A DNA stretch of 10,419 bases, from contig CAXTTL010000172.1 in NCBI GenBank assembly GCA_964247135.1, positions 1 through 10,419 of the forward strand. The letters run 5' to 3'. The notes beneath the pieces were generated by a model. That model was not told the DNA's origin. It saw nothing but the letters and a program-made list of their open reading frames with translations, and did no database searches. Positions 1 to 5,690 of the stretch are shown here, in pieces (within the stretch, counting starts at the first letter, position 1; every line of letters begins with the position of its first letter). The position numbers and the translations under genes were made by a program. This DNA is from an uncultured Deinococcales bacterium (GTDB taxonomy: Bacteria > Deinococcota > Deinococci > Deinococcales > JAAFIG01).

Positions 1-2
1 TG

Positions 3-1076
3 GGCATTCTGCAAGGCTTCCCAGCTTTAATTCCCTTGCTTCTGCCGCCGTTCTTGGGAATGCTTTCAGATCGCCTCGGCAAACGTATGGGCTTCCTGGC
101 GGGCGGCACGATGCTCAACGTTTTTGGCTTGCTGGTGATGATGTTTTCCCCAAGTTATGTCGTTTATTTTGCAGGTTATTTGCTGGTGCAACTCGGGAAT
201 GCGATTGCAGCCAGTCCGTATACTGCCCTGATTCCCGATGTTGTCCCCGCGAACGAACGGGGTCGTGCCAGCGGTGTGATGGGCTTTTTTCAATTGTTCA
301 GCCAAATTGCGGGCGGCGTTGTGGCGTTCACCTTGGGCGGCTCTCGAGACGGGCAGTACATCGCCATCATTGCGGTTTTAAGTATCAGCGCGGCAATCAC
401 TTACTTCAGCACCCGCGAACCCGCCAAAAAACCGAACCTCGAGGAAAAAATGAATTTGCTGGCGTTCTTTCAACCCGAATACCGCGATTTTCGTTGGGTG
501 TTCTTGACTCGAGCTTTCACGGAAACTGGTAAGTACGCGGTTCAACCCTTTCTGGCGTACTTTCTCGCCGATGTCATCGGGGTTTTTAAAATTGGCTCGC
601 TCGAGATTAAAGGCGCAGGTTTGGCACTGACCTTGTTGCTGGTGATGCTGTCGGTCACGGCGGCGCTGACGGCAGTGGTCAGCGGTGGACTCTCAGACCG
701 CATTGGCAAAAAACCTGTCGTGATGTTCGCTGGTTTTTTCATGGCAGCTTCGGCACTTGGTTTTGCCCTGGTGAAAATTTACCCGCTCGCCATCCTCATG
801 GGTTTGCTTTTCGGACTGGGTTACGGCGCGTTCGTCAGCGTGGACTGGGCGCTCGGCACAAGCGTTCTGCCCGATGAACGCCGTCATGCCAGGGACATGG
901 GCGTTTGGCACATCGCTATGGTTTTCCCGCAACTGTTTGAAGGTTTGTTCGGGCAAATTCTCGACTCGAGCAACAAAGCCAGCCACAACAGCGGTTATCT
1001 GGTTTTATTCCTGATTGCCGTGACGTTTTTCGTGCTGGGCAGTGTGTTCGTCTCGAGGGTCAGGAATGTGAAGTAG
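3..1076 (+). CDS. MFS transporter, 5'-truncated (sugar/GPH-SLC45-like)
   Basis: The frame is open from position 3 (GILQGFPALIPL...), so the true start lies upstream of the window and the track's TTG at 36 is not the start. Many hydrophobic helices. Two MFS motif-A copies, GMLSDRLGKR and GGLSDRIGKK, plus ALIPDVVP..ERGRASG. Stop TAG at 1074-1076. Confidence 0.9.
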   Translation, partial: GILQGFPALIPLLLPPFLGMLSDRLGKRMGFLAGGTMLNVFGLLVMMFSPSYVVYFAGYLLVQLGNAIAASPYTALIPDVVPANERGRASGVMGFFQLFSQIAGGVVAFTLGGSRDGQYIAIIAVLSISAAITYFSTREPAKKPNLEEKMNLLAFFQPEYRDFRWVFLTRAFTETGKYAVQPFLAYFLADVIGVFKIGSLEIKGAGLALTLLLVMLSVTAALTAVVSGGLSDRIGKKPVVMFAGFFMAASALGFALVKIYPLAILMGLLFGLGYGAFVSVDWALGTSVLPDERRHARDMGVWHIAMVFPQLFEGLFGQILDSSNKASHNSGYLVLFLIAVTFFVLGSVFVSRVRNVK

Positions 1077-1135
1077 GGGAGAGATCAATAAAAACGTTGA
1101 GACTCGAGTTATGAAAGCAGTAATTGCGCTTGCCA

Positions 1136-1253
1136 CCCTCATCCCCAACCCTTCTTGCCCCTTACGACAGCACCTTCTTGGTTTCAAGACGCACCTGACG
1201 GGCGAAACCGCTTCGGGCTTGGGGCGCTTCTCCCGCCAGGCGGGAGAAGGGAG
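1136..1253. repeat. REP-like palindromic element (CCCTCATCCCCAACCCTTCT...CCCGCC-A-GGCGGGAGAAGGG) interrupted by a 71-bp insert
   Basis: Perfect inverted repeat CTTCTCCCGCC (1227-1237) / GGCGGGAGAAG (1239-1249). The C-rich leader CCCTCATCCCCAACCCTTCT (1136-1155) resembles the widespread CCCTCACCCC..CCCTCTCCC..GGGAGAGGG intergenic repeats. The hairpin is followed by GAGCTTTGTT and may also terminate the MFS transcript. Confidence 0.7.
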
Positions 1254-1304
1254 CTTTGTTCCTCTACACGTGTAACTCGAGGGTTTCCTAACTGCTTCAC
1301 CCGC

Positions 1305-1310
1305 TAGAAT
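1305..1310 (+). promoter_or_regulatory. -10 box (TAGAAT) of a probable leaderless promoter for the peptidase gene
   Basis: TAGAAT lies exactly 6 nt before the ATG at 1317 and there is no Shine-Dalgarno. This TANNNT-N6-ATG layout is typical of Deinococcus-Thermus leaderless mRNAs. Confidence 0.7.
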
Positions 1311-1316
1311 AGCTTC

Positions 1317-2276
1317 ATGCTCGAGAATCAATCGCTGACCGCTTTGCCTGGTGTTCGGGTGGGGCATTGGACCAATCAAGTGGCTCGCACGGGTTGCACG
1401 GTCATTCTGCTGCCCAAAGGTGGCGCGACGGCTTCGGTGGAAGTCCGTGGTGGTGCGCCTGGAACGCGTGAAACGGCATTGCTCGAGCCTGATAAGAGCG
1501 TCAAGCAGGTTCATGCGCTCTTGCTGGCGGGTGGCAGCGCGTTTGGTTTGGCGGCAGCGACGGGTGTAGTGGAATTTCTCGAGGAACTTGGTGAGGGCGT
1601 GCAAACTCCTGCGGGCAAAGTGCCGATTGTGCCAACAGCGGTGATTTACGACCTGGCGGTGGGTGACGCGAAGGTGCGCCCAGATGCGGCGGCGGGTTTG
1701 GCGGCGTGCCGTGCTGCCTCGAGCGATCCTGTGCCTGGTGGTCGGCTTGGGGCTGGCACTGGTGCGATGGTCGGCAAGGTCTTCGGACTCGAGTGTGCGC
1801 AACCTGGGGGTTTGGGCAATGCGGCGCTGCGGGTGGGCGATTTTACGGTGGCGGCGTTGGTGGTTGCCAATGCCACGGGTGACATTGTCAACGATGCGGG
1901 GGAGGTGCTGGCGGGTGCGATACGACCCGACGGCTCGCGCCCTACGCGCCTGGAGTCCATTGAACGGATGTTAAAAACCGATCAAATGGCGTTTCTCGAG
2001 CATACCAACACGACCCTGGTGGCGCTTGGTACGGACGCGCCGCTAACGAAGCTCGAGTGTTACCGTTTGGCACAGGCGGCGCAAATGGGTTTGGCTCGGG
2101 GGACGCGACCTTCGCACACGCCTTTTGATGGCGATACGGCGTTTGCCTTCAGTGTTTCACCAATCGCCAGTGGCACGTCAGAAGCGCCGATTCAGGCATT
2201 GATTGCCGCCAGCCAAGAGGTGGTCATGATGGCGCTGCAAAATGCGGTTTCTGGTCATTCCCAAACTCGAGTTTAA
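1317..2276 (+). CDS. P1/DmpA-family (peptidase S58) aminopeptidase-like hydrolase, 319 aa
   Basis: Family motifs VGHWT..TGCTVIL, VRGGAPGTRET, LLAGGSAFGL, VPIVPTAVIYDL, GAGTGA, NTTL (presumed autoproteolysis/nucleophile site) and PSHTPFDGDTAFA. Confidence 0.92.
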   Translation: MLENQSLTALPGVRVGHWTNQVARTGCTVILLPKGGATASVEVRGGAPGTRETALLEPDKSVKQVHALLLAGGSAFGLAAATGVVEFLEELGEGVQTPAGKVPIVPTAVIYDLAVGDAKVRPDAAAGLAACRAASSDPVPGGRLGAGTGAMVGKVFGLECAQPGGLGNAALRVGDFTVAALVVANATGDIVNDAGEVLAGAIRPDGSRPTRLESIERMLKTDQMAFLEHTNTTLVALGTDAPLTKLECYRLAQAAQMGLARGTRPSHTPFDGDTAFAFSVSPIASGTSEAPIQALIAASQEVVMMALQNAVSGHSQTRV

Positions 2277-2296
2277 GCCTTACAGAATGAACTTCT

Positions 2297-2338
2297 TTGA
2301 CTTGGAGCTTAAAGCTTAGAGCTTGAAGCTTTTGTCTT
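2297..2338. repeat. Imperfect intergenic heptamer tandem repeat (NNNNCTT x6; core RRAGCTT x4)
   Basis: TTGACTT GGAGCTT AAAGCTT AGAGCTT GAAGCTT TTGTCTT, in exact 7-nt phase. Confidence 0.7.
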
Positions 2339-2375
2339 GCGTCGGTTTTTTGTCCGTGACCATAAACCTATCGCG

Positions 2376-2381
2376 TATACT
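2376..2381 (+). promoter_or_regulatory. Putative -10 box (TATACT) for the three-gene roadblock module
   Basis: Near-consensus TATACT 38 nt upstream of the ATG at 2420. No well-spaced -35 was found (TTGTCC at 2350-2355 is 20 nt away). Confidence 0.4.
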
Positions 2382-2419
2382 ATGAACATTAGAAGTGTCT
2401 TGAAAGCGAGCCGAAACTG

Positions 2420-3574
2420 ATGCCCAACCGTGTTTATTTAACTGTTTGTGATGCCCTGAGCAGCATTGTCTCGCGGCGTGCGGCAGAAAACATTGTGGCG
2501 GATGCCTTGCGGACTGCTGGCACAAATGCCGATAAAGTCACCGCCGGTGAGATGCAAAACTTGCTTCGCAGCACGGTGTTCGCGCGTTTGCAACAGATTA
2601 TTCCGGTGGCGCAAGCCAAAGGCGAAATTCGGGTGATCCTGAGTAAGCTCGAGGCTGGTTTCACAGAATCCAAACCGTCTATCCTCAGTCCAGAGGTGCT
2701 TGAGGGGCTTGAGGCGATCAAAGCCGAGTTTAGAATGTTTAACAATTCGGCGAACCCACGGGTGTTGCGGCTTGCCGATGGAATTGGGTCGCTCTCCAGC
2801 GCGGCTGATCCGATTCAGGCGCTCAATTTGTTGTGGGCGGAGTTGGATTTGTTGCAAGCCGAAGAGTCTGGCTTGCCGCTCAAGGGGGCGTCCTTGCAAC
2901 AGGCGCTCACCATCGATCCTGGGGCATCTGGGGTGTTTTTTCCGGACTATCAGCTTTCAAATCCAGAATTTATTTTGGACCTCGAGGCTGGCTTGACCGA
3001 AGCCGGTTTGATCGAGGCTGGCGCGGCAAAATCTCAGACGCCGACCTTGACCGAAAGCTTATGGATCAAAGATGCCACCCAAACCGATGCGCTCAGTTCA
3101 GAACACGTCGTTCTCGAGGAACCCGAGGAGGGCAATGAGGGTTTAAAGCTCGATTCAAATTCAGGGCTTCCCAGCACCTCAGTCCAACCACCCGTTGCGT
3201 CCAAGAGTGCGCGTTTAAGGGCGCAAGCCAAACTTGCCATGACGCCCGAAGAGCAAGAAAACCTGCTCTCGAGGTTTGCCTCGCAGGAGGGCGTGATTGG
3301 GGTTGCGCTCTGCTCGAGGTTTGGGCAAGTCATCATGGCGCGGCTCAATGAAGGTTCGGCTTCGCACCTTTCGAGCGTGGTGGCGGCGACGGTCATGGTG
3401 CTCGAGAAATCACGGGTGGCACGGTTATTTTATGCCCAATTCGAGAACACCAGCGCCTTTATCGCGCCTTTTGGCGACGGTATCTTAACGGTTTTGGCAA
3501 ACTCTTCGGTCAACGTTGGCAGGGTGCTGTCTGAGGTCAACGCGCTCGATCAAATCATGCTGCAAAGCACTTAA
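2420..3574 (+). CDS. Roadblock/LC7 (MglB-like) domain-containing protein, 384 aa
   Basis: The C-terminal ~105 aa (LLSRFASQEGVIGVALCSRFGQVI...LSSVVAAT...FYAQFENTSAFIAPFGDGILTVLANSSVNVGRV) match the helix-2strand-helix-3strand-helix roadblock pattern, including GV.GV.L...G and N(V/L)G. The protein also has an N-terminal helical domain and an acidic low-complexity linker. Confidence 0.8.
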   Translation: MPNRVYLTVCDALSSIVSRRAAENIVADALRTAGTNADKVTAGEMQNLLRSTVFARLQQIIPVAQAKGEIRVILSKLEAGFTESKPSILSPEVLEGLEAIKAEFRMFNNSANPRVLRLADGIGSLSSAADPIQALNLLWAELDLLQAEESGLPLKGASLQQALTIDPGASGVFFPDYQLSNPEFILDLEAGLTEAGLIEAGAAKSQTPTLTESLWIKDATQTDALSSEHVVLEEPEEGNEGLKLDSNSGLPSTSVQPPVASKSARLRAQAKLAMTPEEQENLLSRFASQEGVIGVALCSRFGQVIMARLNEGSASHLSSVVAATVMVLEKSRVARLFYAQFENTSAFIAPFGDGILTVLANSSVNVGRVLSEVNALDQIMLQST

Positions 3575-3611
3575 CACTTGTACACTCGAGCTTGTTTTAA
3601 AGGGGAAAATC

Positions 3612-3665
3612 ATGCAAACACAAAATAGGAATCAATTGTTGGGCACTGGTTGGAGGTCTTCATGA
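3612..3665 (+). CDS. Possible 17-aa small ORF (MQTQNRNQLLGTGWRSS) overlapping the next start (ATGA)
   Basis: AAGGGG at 3600-3605 lies 6 nt before the ATG at 3612. The stop TGA (3663-3665) overlaps the ATG at 3662. No homology evidence. Confidence 0.25.
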   Translation: MQTQNRNQLLGTGWRSS

Positions 3666-5626
3666 ACATGAATCAAAAATGGCTCGGTTTTATTTTGGTC
3701 GCGGGTTTGACTTTCAATTCCTTGGCTTTTGCGCAACAAGCCAAGCCAACGACCCCGCCCAGCACTCCGGCAGCCACCACGGCGGCTCTGGATTTGATCG
3801 CAGGCTATCAATCGATTGCCACCTCGCTCGAGGCAGCCCGCACATCGGTCACCTCCGACCCTCCTGGTGCTCTGGCACGGGTGCAAAGTGCGCAAAATTT
3901 GTTCAGGCGGCTCGAGCCTCAAATTGGTACGCAAAAATTGATTGATGCCGGCACGAACGCCCTGAAAAAAGCGGTTTCGACGGTCAATCAACGCAGCGCC
4001 ATCAACCTTGGGGCGCAATCGATGCTGGTCAAAAGCATTTTGCAACGCGTGATGTATGACCGTCTGTTCTCGGAAATCACCGCCGGAAAAATTCCGAGCG
4101 CCACGCGTTACGCCAACACCCTGGCGGGGGCTTTCAACATGCCTGCCGCCAGCCTGAGCACGTTAAAATCGGCTGTCAAACGCAAAGACGTCGGCAAAGC
4201 CCGTTCGATTCTCGAGTCGCAAGTCGCGGACATCATGACCAATTCCTTAAAATTGGCTCGGGACAACGTCGCCGACAAAGCAACGGCGTATCAAGCGGTG
4301 GTCCGTGCCTCGAGTCACTTTTTGATCGTTCAAGATTCGCCCAGGGTTTCTGAGGATTTGACGGTCAGCAGCTTTGCCAATGCGGTGCAGTCCATCACCT
4401 CTGGTGACGTGCCTGGGTTTAAGCAGGGCATTGCCAGTTTGCTGACCCGCACCCAAGACTTTGGCAAACGCGCTCGGGGCATTGCGCTCAGTGACTCCAA
4501 TCCTGTGGCAAGCACTGCGCCAGTGGGCACCACGCCAACCCCAGTCGCGCCCAGCAATTCAAGCAATCCGAGCAACCCGAGCAATCCGTCCACGCCAACC
4601 ATCAAGCCCACCACGCCAGCCATTGCGCCCATCACTCCGGTGGCGGCATTGCCAAGTGGGTTTAACACCATCAACGGCGAATTGGTCAAAGCTGGCATCC
4701 CAGCCGTCAGGGCGGGAGCGCTCGCCACCAGCCTCGCCAATCAGAAATTCTCGAGCTTTGGTGCTCTGCTCGACAAACTCAGCGCAACCGTCGGCGAGGC
4801 GCTGACCCAAGTCCAAAATGGCGAGGTTCAAGCGGGTCGCGCCAACCTCGAGCTTGCCAAGAATTTGTTTGATAGCAATGTCAAACCCGCACTCGAGGTG
4901 GTCAACGCAGATCAGGCGGCGCAGACCTCCAAGGTTTTTGAGGCGACAGTCAATGCCATCGGCGTCCGCTCCGTCGATGTCGCGGTTTTGTTGGGCGAAG
5001 TGGTCTCAATTAAAAACCTGTTTCAAAATGCGCAACCCGCCAACACCATGCAAAACCTGTCCGCATCGGTTCAACCCTGGTGGGCGGGAACCCTGCGCGG
5101 CATTTTGTTCTTTGTTGCCGCTTTGTTGTTCTGTTACGCGATTTACCTCTTGAACCTGGCGTTCGGCGGTAAAAACCCGTACTGGCGTTACATTGGCATT
5201 TCGATGGTTTTGCTGTTCATCCCGCCGCTGCTCGAGGGTCTGGCGTGGCTCGGTTCGGTCTTGTCGCAAACGGCTGGTTTGACCTTCCTCGATGGTTTGA
5301 GTTCGCTGTCGGTCTTGCAAAACCCGCTGGCTCAGATCGCTTGGGCAATTCTCATGATCGCGGCGGCAGCCTTTGCCACGGCTGGCTTCAGGGGCATTGC
5401 CACCCAATTCGGGCTGATTCGCAATCGCAACAACCAAACCAACATGGGCAGCGCCAATGTGTCCCCAGCCATGCTGGGCGCCGCTGGCGGCGTGGCGGGG
5501 GCGGCAGCCATGTCAAACAACCCAAGTTTAATCAATACCAGTTCTGATCTTGCCGACCCGCGCATCTCGAGCGATGTTTCGGTCAATCCTGACCGCACGA
5601 TTGTCGAATGGGACGAAGAATTTTAG
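3662..5626 (+). CDS. Uncharacterised membrane protein: signal peptide, large helical exported region with Pro/Thr/Ser linker, ~3 C-terminal TM helices, flexible tail ending VEWDEEF (~654 aa)
   Basis: GGAGG at 3652-3656 favours the ATG at 3662 (or 3668) over the TTG at 3650. MNQKWLGFILVAGLTFNSLAFA-QQ is a Sec/SPase I-type signal. Hydrophobic segments: GILFFVAALLFCYAIYLLNLAF, YIGISMVLLFIPPLLEGLAWL, IAWAILMIAAAAFATAGF. Confidence 0.85.
   Translation: MNMNQKWLGFILVAGLTFNSLAFAQQAKPTTPPSTPAATTAALDLIAGYQSIATSLEAARTSVTSDPPGALARVQSAQNLFRRLEPQIGTQKLIDAGTNALKKAVSTVNQRSAINLGAQSMLVKSILQRVMYDRLFSEITAGKIPSATRYANTLAGAFNMPAASLSTLKSAVKRKDVGKARSILESQVADIMTNSLKLARDNVADKATAYQAVVRASSHFLIVQDSPRVSEDLTVSSFANAVQSITSGDVPGFKQGIASLLTRTQDFGKRARGIALSDSNPVASTAPVGTTPTPVAPSNSSNPSNPSNPSTPTIKPTTPAIAPITPVAALPSGFNTINGELVKAGIPAVRAGALATSLANQKFSSFGALLDKLSATVGEALTQVQNGEVQAGRANLELAKNLFDSNVKPALEVVNADQAAQTSKVFEATVNAIGVRSVDVAVLLGEVVSIKNLFQNAQPANTMQNLSASVQPWWAGTLRGILFFVAALLFCYAIYLLNLAFGGKNPYWRYIGISMVLLFIPPLLEGLAWLGSVLSQTAGLTFLDGLSSLSVLQNPLAQIAWAILMIAAAAFATAGFRGIATQFGLIRNRNNQTNMGSANVSPAMLGAAGGVAGAAAMSNNPSLINTSSDLADPRISSDVSVNPDRTIVEWDEEF
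4550..4591 (+). repeat. 9-bp coding tandem repeat (Pro/Ser-Ser-Asn x4) within a P/T/S-rich linker
   Basis: CCCAGCAAT TCAAGCAAT CCGAGCAAC CCGAGCAAT CCGTCC encodes PSNSSNPSNPSNPS. Confidence 0.8.
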
Positions 5627-5690
5627 ATTTGAATAAAATTCGCTGACGCCTTTTCTTACCGTCCTCTTGTTTTGTCCGTTCGGAGAGTTG

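Noticed and set aside
36-38. TTG at 36 as the MFS start; TTG starts at 3650, 5667 and 10411
   Set aside because: The MFS frame is open to the window edge. For the others, nearby ATGs have better SD or homology support.
1195-1208. Hammerhead-like CTGACGG..GCGAAAC
   Set aside because: The core needs CUGANGA but has G at the last position. There is no stem II and no matching stems I/III with an NUH site.
1156-1226. tRNA-like size with GCCCC/GGGGC ends; minus strand contains GTCTTGAAAC, reminiscent of tRNA-Ser
   Set aside because: No T-arm (GTTCRA), no 7-nt anticodon loop and no cloverleaf. An HDV-like ribozyme topology also could not be built.
1005-1802. 265-aa antisense ORF spanning the MFS end, intergenic repeat and peptidase
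   Set aside because: It overlaps two well-supported genes, has an Arg-rich shadow composition and shows no recognisable motif.
5618-5641. AT-rich inverted repeat GAATTTTA-N8-TAAAATTC over the stop of the membrane-protein gene
   Set aside because: It is a weak stem with no U-tract, half constrained by coding sequence and present as a single instance. Not enough to call a terminator or operator.
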